Shown here piece by piece: positions 26,811 to 41,239 of a DNA stretch of 64,000 nt. A program made the position numbers and the translations under genes. The DNA is taken from assembly GCA_964016885.1 (NCBI GenBank), contig OZ024750.1, positions 24,800,001 to 24,864,000 of the forward strand. Reading direction: 5' to 3'. Under the pieces are notes generated by a model that saw only the letters and a list, made by a program, of their open reading frames with translations, did not search any database and was not told the DNA's origin. Position 1 is the first letter of the stretch, and each line of letters begins with the position of its first letter. The stretch comes from Eledone cirrhosa. Its lineage: Eukaryota.

Positions 26811-29017
26811 TGAATATATATATATATGCACATACACTCATGCATACATACATGATTTAATGTTGCTATTATTTGGCATGTTAAAAATATCAAAAAATAT
26901 TAAATACATGGTATTTATATTTTCATTTTTTTTTTCTTATTCTTATCATATGTATGAATCTGTGTTTTCGTGTGTCCTAAAAGAAAGAGAAAAAAATTAT
27001 TTACCTGAAAGGAAATTTTACTTCCATACAATTTTATTTTTTAATTTTTTTTTTTTTTTTTTTTTTTTTGAGTCTTGCAGGAAGAAGAAATAAACAAAAA
27101 AAAAAAATCCAGAAAAATATAAATAAATAAAAATAATGAAAAGGAAACCTATGAAGAATATATTTGAATGCTTATAGAAAGATAACTTGCTGGCAAATTG
27201 TGAAAGAGTTAGAATTGATAATATAGCTAATTTTGAAACAAAGCTTATTGCAAAATGATTGAGAAATGCATATAGGATGTTGCTTTTGTTACCTCAGACA
27301 AAATAAAAAATGAAAAAAATAAGGAAGCGAGAAGCTTTGAGAAAAGGAGGAAAAAATGTAACCATTCTCTCTAGTAAATTGTTTCAAGAAGAGATAGGTG
27401 ATAATGATAAAAACATTAACCTTACTGGTCACTTCATTAATGCTACAATACTTTGTTTTCTATCTCCAAAATCTGAAGAGGTTTCAGAGAAATCAGCTAC
27501 TCTTGAAATTATATTGTTCTTTTATAAATAATAATAATAATGATATGATGATAATGATAATAGTAATGATATATAATGATAATAATAATAATTACAGATT
27601 TCAAACTGAAAGGACAATCTTGTTTGGCTGCTATCAATGTCTTAACAACAAATTTTATTGTTGTTTTTTTTTCAATGTTGCTGTTGTTTTTGTTGTTGTT
27701 GTTGATGATGGTGGGGTGATGGTGGTGGTGGTGGTGGTGCCAATGATAATGATGTTCGATATTAAGATTATTATTACTGTTGTTGTTATTATTAATATTA
27801 TTATTATGGATTGGCAGAACCAGTAGAGCACTAGGCAGAATGCCTTGCAATATATTTTCTGTCTCAGTATAAATCCCGTCAAGGTCAACTTTAACATTCA
27901 TCCTTCCAGAGGTTGATAAAATAAAGTACCAGTGACGTGCTGGGATCCATTTAATAGACTAACCCCGCTCCACAAATTTCCGGCCTTGTGCCTATGCTTA
28001 TGTTAGGAACCATTATTATTATGGTAGATTGCGAGAATCGTTAGAGCATCAAATAAATTGCTTTGTGGTACTTGTTCAAAGTCAGACTTCAAATCCCGCC
28101 GAGGTCACTTCCAGGGGTTAATAAAATATAGTACCAGTCTTGTAGTAGGGTCGATTTCATTAATTTTTCCCTCTCCAGAATTGTTGGCCTTGTGCCAAAA
28201 GTAGAAACAATTATTATGGCCTTTTATGTTCTGAGTTCAAATCCCGCCGAGGTTAGCTTTGCCTTTCATCCTTATGGGAGTCGATAAAATAAAGTACCAG
28301 TAATGTACTGGGGTCGATTTAATCGACTTTCCTTTCCTCCAAAATTGTTGGCTTTGTGCCTAAATCAAAAACCATTATTATTATTATTATTAGATTGATA
28401 ATAAATGATAAAACAAAATAATTCTTGAGAACTATTTTCTACTTAAGCCTCAAAGCATAGAAATATCTTTGCAAAGATCATTGGAAAACATTATGAAATA
28501 ATAACCACAAACTTGTTCTAAGTTACTATAAAAGAAGTATCTTTATATATTATAATATATGTATTCTAATCATGGTGTTGGTGATGACAATAAGGTGGTT
28601 AATGGTGGATTTAATTGAGTATTATTATTGTTGTTGTTGTTATTACATGAATTGATGGAACCATTAGAGCATGAGGTACTTTGTGGTATTTTTTCTGGCT
28701 CTTTATATCCCAAGTTCAAATTTTGCTGAGATTAACTTTGCCTTTCATCCTTCTATTGGTGATGAAATAAATACCATTCAACTACTGGGGTCAATTTAAT
28801 CGACTTCCCACCCCCAAATAATATATTTCTTGTCTTAGTTCATTATATATATATAGCTATGTACTATACATAGAGCACTCTTCTTTCCTTTACCTTTTCT
28901 ACGGAAATACATATATATATATATATATATTGTTATACTTTGGGAGGGTCATGTTGCCAATAATCGGTTTCAACACACGATTTCAGATAAAGAATCTTGC
29001 TGAACAAATTCAGAAAC

Positions 29018-29056
<39 letters not shown>

Positions 29057-29147
29057 AAAAATTGAACGGGAACAAAACAGAGAGGCAGTACGAACAAAGG
29101 TTTATTAGTTTCACGCTCTTGAGAGTGGGGTGGTGGTGGGGAACAAC

Positions 29148-29185
<38 letters not shown>

Positions 29186-29276
29186 GTTGTTCCCCATATA
29201 TATATATATATGAGTCCTGGGTTCAATTGGGAGTAACCACAGTTAGGTATTCAATAAATTAGTAGAGTGTAAACTG

Positions 29277-29414
29277 CAAGTTTGATATAAGAATGGCTTC
29301 TACAGGACTAGAATTGTTTCATCAGACTAGAACTCTTCAGGAAAGCTTTCCTGATGATTCCTTTTGGATGAAATGGTTCTAGTCCTCTAGAAGCCATTTC
29401 TATATCGAACTTGA
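29277..29414 (+). mobile_element. Fold-back element with hammerhead-like core (family D)
   Basis: Inverted arms caagtttgatataagaatggcttctacaggactagaa / ttctagtcctctagaagccatttctatatcgaacttg. The right arm contains CTGATGA-ttcc.tttt.ggat-GAAAT...GTC. Copies at 18585-18655 and 55947-56061. Confidence 0.6.
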
Positions 29415-32315
29415 TATAAGAGAGAGAGAAGGTATCATATCTTGTGGTGTATATTTTGGATCTTTGCATTCTGAGTTCAAATCCTGCTGAGCTCAATTTT
29501 GCCATTCATCCTTCAGTTGTTTGAAACTTTAGAGTGTTAGGTAGGATGCCATGTTATTTTTGTTCGGGCTTTTTGCATTGTCAGTTTAAATTATGCCAGG
29601 GCCTATTTCGGAAATAGATGTAACCTGTTAACAGGGCCTCGTTAGGTAATAAATATAATTTGTTAGTTGGGCATAGTAAACACATATAATTTGTTAACTG
29701 GTCTTAGATAATAGATGTAACCTGTTACCTGAGTAACAGGTATAATCTATCAGCTAGTTCACCATCGCATCTGGCCCTGGGTGCCTTTAATAAAATTCAC
29801 TCTATTGCATGCATTTATGGCAGGCCCCTAGTTTTAGGATACTTTCTTCTCTCCCTGTGATTAGACTTGGAGACCCCAGCAAACAATCATAGATACTGTC
29901 CTACCTTCTGACTAAAATATTACTCTAAATTTTTATCCATATTTAATTTATGTTGATTTCCCTCACCCTTATCAACAAGTTAATCAGCAAAAACTCATGA
30001 ACACGGATTATAAAATGTATTAAGCTTTAAACCAAAACTTATAATATCAAATATATTTCGCTTTGTACTAATGATGAAAATAGAGTTGAGTTGATTTTAA
30101 ATTCGTTTGTCCATTCAGTCAATATAGTTGACTTGAATGTAATACATATTTTCTTCTCAGCTTGCTTTTCTGAAAATTACAATAGTTTGAGGTAAATCTT
30201 CATCATTATTATTATTGTTATCATTATTATTATTATTATTATCATTATCATCATCATCATCATCATCCACAACAGCAGAATCATTGTCAAATACTTCATT
30301 ACTGAGCAACTCTTGTGCTACATATGATAAATTTACATAAATGTAAATCTTTCTCATATCAATGTAATTCTTAGAAAAAGTGGATTACTCCAAAGAGATT
30401 AATTTGCATATATAAAATTAATGTCGTAACTGCGAGAAAGAAAGATTGCTAGCTTGCCTCTGAATGTGTGTGTCAAAATTATACCCACTAATAATTTATT
30501 CCTAAATTAGGTGGAAAGTTTGGAAATTTACAAATTATTACTGTAGCTATGTTACTGAAAATAAATCTTAGTCGTTGGGGAACTTGTTATGATTTATATG
30601 AAATTCTTATTGGTAAAATATTAATAATAATAATACTATTATTATTATTACTATTATTATTATTATTATTACTATTATCATTATTATTATTATTATCATT
30701 ATTATTATTATTATCATTATTATTATTATTACTACTATCATAGTATTTTTTATAAATATATATGGAAGTTGTTAAAAGTAACTAAAACTACCTTCATTAA
30801 AATTTGTTACTGGTTTAAAAGATGTATAATAAACTTTAAAAGTTCCACTAGTTTACAAAATGGTTCTGGATATTTTAAAACAATCATTATATTTTAGGCA
30901 AAAAACATTCTTTTAGTATTTTTTAATGGTTAAGAAATTATAGATTTAAAAACAAAAACAAAAAAAAAGAAAGCAAAAGTCAAATGTCAAAAAATCAACA
31001 AAATGTTTTTACAAGATACATTTTATGTATTATACTTGCTCTTGATATTTCCATTTTAAATATTTATCTCTTTACCTCTTTATATATTTTTTTTTTAAAT
31101 ACATATTGCATGGAATATTGTTTAAATATCGTTTGGTTTGGTTTAATGTTAAATGGACAACATATGATGTTTATTGCATGAAACAGAGAAAGCAGAGAGA
31201 GAACATGTCAAGATAAGCTGCATCTTAAAAATTGGTGTTGCAATATTTTTTACAAATAAATAACAAATGTGGTGAATTGGCAACAGAGTTGTTAAGATGT
31301 CAGATTTTATGCTTTACCATATTTGTTCCAGCTCTCTGTACTCAAATTTTTGAGTTTAAATCCCACCCAGATCAACTTTGCCTTTCATCTTTCCAGAGTT
31401 GGTAAATAAAGTACCAATCCATGGTTGGTGAATAGGCAGAATTGTTAGAGTGTCTTGCAATATCTGTTCCAACTCTTTGCATTCTGAATTCAAATGCCAC
31501 ATCTTGTGCAAATATGGAAAGTAATGATGCCTCATCATGTTTACTCTATCACCTACACATTCATATGACAATGTAAAAAAGAAAAAAAAGGTGCCATACT
31601 GCTGTGAGAGAAGCCATGCTGTGAAGAGAGAGTATGCTACCTGGGAGAGATAAATAGCATAACTCTATAATACACCATTCACTCACTCTCACCAAAAATA
31701 AATCAACATAATATCTTGAGACATCTTGAAACATCTCTCTAAATTTCACATCTTACTTCCAACACCCTCAATGCAAGAAGTTTTATTTTTGCATCGCTGT
31801 TTAATAATAATAAGCGGCTGTCTTGTAGTCGTGCAAGGCATCAAGGATAGAAGCCTAAATTTTGGGTATCTCTTAGAATTAAGAGATCTTTGTATTGCTA
31901 AAAATTATAAAAAATATAAAAAGAAAAAGAAAAATATATATTAAACAGAAAAAGCTTATTGCTTGTTTGTAAAAGCAAAAATTAAGACAGGAATAAATTT
32001 AACTACTGTTATGTACATATTTTAGATTTTAACTTTTATCCATGTTATTTGTCAAAAATGTATTATTTCTCCCTTTGATTTTTCATTTTTAGAAATATTT
32101 TATGAAAACCATTATTCAATTTATTCATAAATAATTTTCCATCATCCCCCCCCCCCCCAACCCATAAGAAACATTCTATAATATGGAGCATGTCATACAT
32201 TATTTATTACCTCCATTCCCCACCACCACCGAATGAATATATAATATATATACATATATACATATATATATATACATATATACATATATATATATACATA
32301 TATATATATATACAC

Positions 32316-32346
<31 letters not shown>

Positions 32347-32347
32347 C

Positions 32348-32396
<49 letters not shown>

Positions 32397-32483
32397 CATA
32401 TATATATATACATATATATATATATACATATATATATATACATATATATATATATACATATATATATACACATATATATATAC

Positions 32484-32516
<33 letters not shown>

Positions 32517-32541
32517 CATATATATATACACATATATATAC

Positions 32542-32590
<49 letters not shown>

Positions 32591-32714
32591 CATATACATA
32601 TATATATATATATGTATATATATATGTGTATATATATATGTATATATATATATATATGTGTATATATATATATGTATATATATATGTGTATATATATATG
32701 TGTATATATATATG

Positions 32715-32745
<31 letters not shown>

Positions 32746-32865
32746 GTATATATATATATGTATATATATACATATATACATATATATACATATATACATA
32801 TATACATATATATACATATATATATATATACATATATACATATATATACATATATACATATATAC

Positions 32866-32945
<80 letters not shown>

Positions 32946-32984
32946 GTATATATGTATATATATATATGTATATATATATATGTA

Positions 32985-33023
<39 letters not shown>

Positions 33024-33035
33024 GTATATATGTAT

Positions 33036-33083
<48 letters not shown>

Positions 33084-33084
33084 A

Positions 33085-33147
<63 letters not shown>

Positions 33148-34220
33148 TATATACATATATATATATACACATATATATATATATACATATATATATACAC
33201 ATATATATATACATACATATATATTTGTTGTTGAATATTTCATGTATGTAATATTAAAATTGTTCTTAAATAAAAAAAAAATATTATATGGTATATGTAC
33301 AATGTAAGAACATTTCTGATATACCTACAGAAATACAATTACATTTATTACTTATATACACACACACATACACATATGTACATATACACATACACATATA
33401 TATATACACACACACATATATATATACACACACATATGTGTACATATACCTATGTTTATATAGGTGGTGATTAACTGTCAGCAGTATTGCTTTATTGCTT
33501 ACAAACATTTATCTATATATATATTCACTCACACACACACATGTACATACATGTGTGTGTTTGTGTGTCTGTGTGTGTGTGTGTGTTAATGAATTCATCC
33601 TTCAATGTAGCAAGTTTCTTTCCTTATATATGTCTGGGTTAAATACCAGATTCTTATTTACAAATATAATAACAACAACAAAAATGGCCAAAAGTAACAT
33701 TTCCATATAAAACAATGTCTCATTGAAGCAGTAGGAACTGACATTAGGTTAGGTAAAGGTCGTTCTCTTACAATTTAAAACACTACAGGCAAATACCCAT
33801 TGTGGTTCCCAGACTGAACTGGGCTTTATTCAATTATATCAGTTGCTCCTAATTGGGTCCCTTGATAAATTATACACAACAGCCCATTGCAATATATATA
33901 TAAAACCTAATTGTGTCCTGCACCTTCTACAGCCAGTCCTGTTCTAGAAAACAGAATATATTTACTGAAGCTCCCATCAATAGGTGTATACTTCCTTGTG
34001 GTTCTTAAGCATTCAATTGGCTCCTTGTGTGGCTTGGTTAAGATCTGCTGCAACTAAGTGGATACTAACTCAATAATAATAAGACACACACACAGTCACA
34101 CACACACACACACACAAACGCACACACACAAACGCATACGCATATATACATATATATATATGTTAAGTATTTCCATAGAAAAGGTAGAAGAAAAAAGAGT
34201 GCTCTATGTATAGTACAGAT

Positions 34221-34290
34221 TTTCATCTGATGAATGAAACAGACGTTTCTGTTAGAACCGTCTAACTTCATGAAACCTTGGGTAATGGAA
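34221..34290 (+). ncRNA. Type I hammerhead ribozyme motif
   Basis: tttcat CTGATGA atgaa-acagacgtttctgttagaaccgtctaac-ttcat GAA ACC ttg GGT A^ atggaa. 6-bp stem I, extended stem II, 3-bp stem III, GUA triplet. Confidence 0.8.
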
Positions 34291-34305
34291 TAATTATATT
34301 GTGTC

Positions 34306-34392
<87 letters not shown>

Positions 34393-34396
<4 letters not shown>

Positions 34397-34594
34397 AACG
34401 AGTAGGACCCCGACGGCTGAGCTCAAGCCGTTTCGACGGCTAATTCTGGACTAAAAAAAAAAAAAAAATTTTTTCTTTTAGTCCAGAATTAGCCGTCGGG
34501 GTCCTACTCGTTCCTATTACCCACTCTACTACCCTAAGTATTGAGTACTTTGGTGCGTTATGGTCCACCTGGTTCCTTACCACATTTCCTTCGT

Positions 34595-34596
<2 letters not shown>
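34393..34596 (+). mobile_element. Family A fold-back element in (TA)n
   Basis: Same tail as 7657. The inverted arms extend to gacggctaattctggact(a)n / (t)nagtccagaattagccgtc. Confidence 0.75.
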
Positions 34597-34625
<29 letters not shown>

Positions 34626-35419
34626 TGAACAGATTTAAAATTTAGAGATAACATTTTTGCTTTCTCCTTTTTTTTCAGGATCTTTAGAATGAGATATTCT
34701 TGAGTCTGTAGATCTAGAAATAACCAATATAGATTACACTGGGAGGTCTTAGCTTAAGGCTAGATCTTATCTTATAATGGTAATAGAAAACCATATGATC
34801 TCTGTTCTGCTGAAGCTCTGGAAATTTTCTGAACAAAAAGTCAGAGCTGATTTCGGCTTGTAAGCACACATTAAACAACATATTGTTACACTACAACCCC
34901 ACACTGTAGCTAAATGGATAAGTTAGATTTACACACTACCATCATGCAGATGGAGTATGTCTAGATGTGGCAACCAAAAATAATTATAATCTAAGACTTC
35001 ATACTGAAACTGATGCAAAAACCAATTAGGACATGACCCTCTCCAAATATAAGAACATCATACTTGGTTTTCTATATTGTGTAAACCTCTGTTTCCGAAC
35101 TTATTTGTATTTTTATATACGAATGCAAGCCAATGTATAAGTGCATATGTATATACATGTATATGTGTGTGAACGTACATACATACACCTATAATTATAC
35201 ATATATATATCCGCATGTATATGTATATACATGTTTATGTATACCTTCAGACATACGTGTACAGGAGTGTATGCACCAGCATATTCATATATGGCTTTAT
35301 GTTTAAACTTATATATATGTGTGTGTGTTGATGCATATAGACATGTATACATCCATATTCATGGGTGCTTATATGAGTATATGTGAATATATGTACTGTT
35401 TTGCTTGTACAAGTACATA

Positions 35420-35459
<40 letters not shown>

Positions 35460-36779
35460 CAAATGTGTATGAATATATATATGTATGTGTGCCTATATAT
35501 ATGCATGTAGGTATAACAGTTTTATCTTTAGTGCTTTAGCATTTACATTACTCTATATTTACTATTGTATTTTCATGGTAAAGGCTTTACCTCACATAAT
35601 ATCAATGAGATTTGATATTATTTATTTTGAGAACAATACCTTAACATCAGCATGAGCAACCAGTTGAAGCTGGTTTGAACAGAAAGAGGTGAGAGAATTC
35701 TGGCCAGATTCGGCCGGTTTCAATATTAAAGAGTTAAATATATTAACACAGGAATAAGTAATGACAGGTATCTTTGATAACTTTGTTAGGTTTTGGCCAG
35801 TATTGGCCCAGGCCATGTTTAACTTCGTAGCACCACCTAGCAAATGTCGTAATATTATATCTTTATCAATCATGGGTAGGAATGTTATTAGTACAACAAA
35901 TAGTGCATCATTATACATCTTTTATTTCAAACATATTTACTACAGTTACTTATGGCAGAATCGGTAGAGGGTCGGACGACATGCTTTGACGCATAGAGTT
36001 ACGGCCCTTGCCATTCTGAGTTCAAATCCCGCCGAGGTTAACTTTGCCTTTCATCCTTACGAGGTCGATAAAATGAAGTACCAGTAATGCACTGGAATAA
36101 TTGCTGGCCTTGTGCCAAAAGTAGAAACAATTATTATTATTGTTGCTGTTATTAATATTATTGTTGACATTGTTATTATTATTATATTAGTATTATCAAT
36201 GGCGGTGGATTGGCAGTATCGGTAGAGGGTCGGACGACATGCTTTGACGCATAGAGTTACGGCCCTTGCCATTCTGAGTTCAAATCCCGCCGAGGCTAAC
36301 TTTGCCTTTCATCCTTACGGGGTCGATAAAATAAAGTACCAGTAATGTACTGAGTAATTGCTGGCCTTGTGCCAATAGTAGAAACAATTATTATCATTAG
36401 CTTGCTGAACATAAATTTTTATACACATTAGTAATTAATATTTATTCAAATTTTCAGCTTATTTAAGAAGCTAAATACACTGCTAGCTTTTTACTATGTA
36501 TACCTTACATTACATCTCTTCATTGTGCCAAATGATGTAAAATATATTCAATTTATTCTATCTGCAAGATCATAGCTGTAACTCCATTGAACATTACCAC
36601 ATGGAACAATTATACCTTTCTGTATTTTGAATATATTGGCCTGTAACATTTTAAAATATTTATATCTGCATCCATAGACTGAAGGATATTTCAGTTTCTG
36701 AAACTCTCGAGAAAGGATGAAAGGAAAAAAGTTTGCTTAAACTATTAAACTGTTCAAATAATAAATAATCACTCTACAG

Positions 36780-36865
<86 letters not shown>

Positions 36866-37307
36866 ATGTGTGCATGTATATTTATATGTGTATATATCTA
36901 TGAATATATATATGTATGTATATATATATATATATATGTATGTGTATATATGTGTATGTATATATATATATATATGTATGTATTTGTATGTATATAAGTA
37001 TGTAGGTATTTATAAATATATATGTATATATATTTATACATATATATACATTGACTCATACACATGGGTAGCATTCATTTAGGATTGCTTTGCATTTATG
37101 ACAGCACAGTAAACAGTTATATATATGTATATGTATGTGTGTGAGAGTATGTCTGTAAATGGGTATTTTTGGAACTGGTCTTAAAAATCTATCACATGGT
37201 TTACATGTAATAACACTTCTTATATACTAAAATACAAACATGAATATATTTGCATATATACATACAATTATATATATTATCAACAAAACTGAAATAACAG
37301 CCAAATG

Positions 37308-37396
<89 letters not shown>

Positions 37397-37640
37397 GACG
37401 CAATATGTCAATATATAACATGAAGCCATGTCTTATTTTGTCATTTGTATATATATATATATATATAAAATCCAACATTAGTGTGTGTGTGTGTGTATGT
37501 GTGTGTGTGTGTGTGGTTAACACTAGGAAGAGCATTCAGCTATAGAAACCAAGCCAGAGTGAGATCTGTATGAGCAAGACATGGTCATCTGATCTGACTC
37601 ATCTCACCCATGCTAGCATAGAAAATAGACGCTAAAAGGC

Positions 37641-37776
<136 letters not shown>

Positions 37777-37807
37777 GATACATACATATGCATATGATAA
37801 CACATAA

Positions 37808-37852
<45 letters not shown>

Positions 37853-37957
37853 GATACATACATATACATATGATAACACATAAACACACACACACACACA
37901 TATATATATATACATATATATATATAGATACATACATATACATATGATAACACATAA

Positions 37958-37996
<39 letters not shown>

Positions 37997-38807
37997 TATA
38001 GATACATACATACATATACATATGATAACATATAAACACACACATACATATATATATATATATACATATTACACATATGAACAAACAAATACACACGCAC
38101 ATATAAATACACAAAGGAAGATAAAGAAACATTTTATTAATTTATATGAAATTAATTCTCAAATATTCGTTGGATTTTTTTAGTAAACATTCTACTTTCT
38201 GTGCTGCTCATGGAGGCAATGAAATTCTAATTTGATAGAATATTCAAATTCTAATCAACTTTGGTATTACATCTGTATGGTTATATCTTGCCTCTCTCTT
38301 TCTCTCCATTCATTCTTTCTCTTTCACAGACACATACATACTTTTAAATTACTAGTTTATTCTCATAATAAACACCATAGCACATTATATTTACAAGCTA
38401 CTAGAAGCTATCAGTACATAGAATAGTAATGCCACTAACATTACTAACTAAATACAATTGTAGTGTTACTATATAATATTACCACTGGATTGGCAGTATT
38501 GGTAGAGGGTCAGATGCCGGCCCTTTACGGTATGAGTTCAAATCCCACTAAGGTTAACTTTTGCTTTTCATCCTTACGGGGTCGATAAAATAAAGCACCA
38601 GTAATGCACTTGGGTAATTGCTGGCCTTGTGCCAAAACTAGAAACAATTATTATCACTATACTAACTATTACTACTAACACAGTAATATACTACACTAAC
38701 TAAATACAATGGCAGTGTTACTATATAGTATTATTATTTCTATACTAACACATAGTAATACATCATTCATTAATGACATTGTTGACAATAATAATATGGG
38801 TTGTTGT

Positions 38808-40245
38808 TATCTGCAGTTTCAAGATTAACAAGACTTAAGCTCAGATTAAGTTAGATTTAATATTTCTATCTGCAGTATGAAGATTGTCAAGACTTGAGCT
38901 CAGAAAGAAAGTTAGTTTTAATATTTCTATCTGCAGTTTCAAGATTAACAAGACTTAAGCTCAGATTAAGTTAGATTTAATATTTCTATCTGCAGTATGA
39001 AGATTGTCAAGACTTGAGCTCAGAAAGAAAGTTAGTTTTAATATTTCTATCTGCAGTTTCAAGATTAACAAGACTTAAGCTCAGATTAAGTTAGATTTAA
39101 TATTTCTATCTGCAGTATGAAGATTGTCAAGACTTGAGCTCAGAAAGAAAGTTAGTTTTAATATTTCTATCTGCAGTTTCAAGATTAACAAGACTTAAGC
39201 TCAGATTAAGTTAGATTTAATATTTCTATCTGCAGTATGAAGATTGTCAAGACTTGAGCTCAGAAAGAAAGTTAGTTTTAATATTTCTATCTGCAGTTTC
39301 AAGATTAACAAGACTTAAGCTCAGATTAAGTTAGATTTAATATTTCTATCTGCAGTATGAAGATTGTCAAGACTTGAGCTCAGAAAGAAAGTTAGTTTTA
39401 ATATTTCTATCTGCAGTTTCAAGATTAACAAGACTTAAGCTCAGATTAAGTTAGATTTAATATTTCTATCTGCAGTATGAAGATTGTCAAGACTTGAGCT
39501 CAGAAAGAAAGTTAGTTTTAATATTTCTATCTGCAGTTTCAAGATTAACAAGACTTAAGCTCAGATTAAGTTAGATTTAATATTTCTATCTGCAGTATGA
39601 AGATTGTCAAGACTTGAGCTCAGAAAGAAAGTTAGTTTTAATATTTCTATCTGCAGTTTCAAGATTAACAAGACTTAAGCTCAGATTAAGTTAGATTTAA
39701 TATTTCTATCTGCAGTATGAAGATTGTCAAGACTTGAGCTCAGAAAGAAAGTTAGTTTTAATATTTCTATCTGCAGTTTCAAGATTAACAAGACTTAAGC
39801 TCAGATTAAGTTAGATTTAATATTTCTATCTGCAGTATGAAGATTGTCAAGACTTGAGCTCAGAAAGAAAGTTAGTTTTAATATTTCTATCTGCAGTTTC
39901 AAGATTAACAAGACTTAAGCTCAGATTAAGTTAGATTTAATATTTCTATCTGCAGTATGAAGATTGTCAAGACTTGAGCTCAGAAAGAAAGTTAGTTTTA
40001 ATATTTCTATCTGCAATTTCAAGATTGACAAGACTTGAGCTCAGATTAAGTTAGATTTAATATTTCTATCTGCAGTATGAAGATTGTCAAGACTTGAGCT
40101 CAGAAAGAAAGTTAGTTTTAATATTTCTATCTGCAATTTCAAGATTGACAAGACTTGAGCTCAGATTAAGTTAGTTTTAATATTTCTATCTGCAATTTCA
40201 AGATTGACAAGACTTGAGCTCAGCAAGTTAAATTTGATATTTCTA
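38808..40245. repeat. 120-bp higher-order tandem repeat (59-bp + 61-bp related monomers)
   Basis: Sequence lines repeat exactly every 120 bp for about 10 units. Monomers are tatctgcagtttcaagattaacaagacttaagctcagattaag... and tatctgcagtatgaagattgtcaagacttgagctcagaaagaaag... Confidence 0.97.
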
Positions 40246-40631
40246 GTCATGTTTCTATATAATCTCAACATTAACTGATTATTATTCTATACAAATTTGA
40301 ATCCATACACTATGACATATATATATAATACATATTATTCAGTGGTGAAGCTTTTGTGAGTCATTATACAGAGTTTCATGTTGACGAGCCTAATATAGCT
40401 GAAAACTGTGATGATGAAACTTCAAATAGAGACTTGCAAAGAATTCACCTCTGAACAAAATCTATTCCACTCTACTAAAATATATTGAGTACACTTTCAT
40501 ATAGTTGCATACTCATGAAGGCTACCATTTATCTTATATACATAATAATATACATATATATACATACACACATACACACACATATATATATATAAATACA
40601 CACACACATATATATACACAGATATTTACAT

Positions 40632-40696
<65 letters not shown>

Positions 40697-41239
40697 TGTA
40701 TATAGCTGTATGCAATACACTTTCAGTCCCATACACACCCACAACAACAATCTATGTTGATATTTAACATACATAATATGTCTGCATGGATATGATCCAC
40801 TATGTGTATATACATGTAAACATGAATATATAATTTAAAAGTGTAATATGTTGTTAACAGAAATAAAATTGTATCTTATTATTATTGCTATCATTATTCT
40901 TGTTTTGTTGTTATTGTTGTGAAAAACACTATGATTGTTTAAACCCTAGACCGTCCTTTCCTCAACATACATATTGTCAAAGATATTCCAACCCTGACTA
41001 ACATTACATAGTAAGGAATGAGTTGTGAGAAATTTTATTGCTATTTCTAGCAAATCAAGCAACTTCATAGAGACCAGCTTTTCTTTCTTTTCTCTCTAAT
41101 CTTTAGTCTGTGGGTAGGGAATAGTTCACATAACCTTTTTCAGGGCCTCCAAAATTAATGGCAGGACGAGAGGAAGGTTTCATTAAATGAAAGACCTCTA
41201 TCCAATACTTGCAGCAGAGTAGACTCCACTAAAGAGCAC

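Noticed and set aside
34680-35095. Possible exon (acceptor ttttttcag) or LINE remnant
   Set aside because: No sustained open frame and only a faint LGFLY-like resemblance to LINE RT; too weak to call.
36200-36300. tRNA gene suggested by A/B boxes
   Set aside because: It is the head of a multi-copy SINE with body and (ATT)n tail. No complete cloverleaf is evident.
40373-40422. Hammerhead-like gtttcatg TTGACGA...GAAA...atgaaac (similar traces at about 4270-4335, 17540-17590, 28965-29020, 44545-44582)
   Set aside because: Core nucleotides or stem III/NUH are missing or mutated, so these cannot be told from chance without family alignments.
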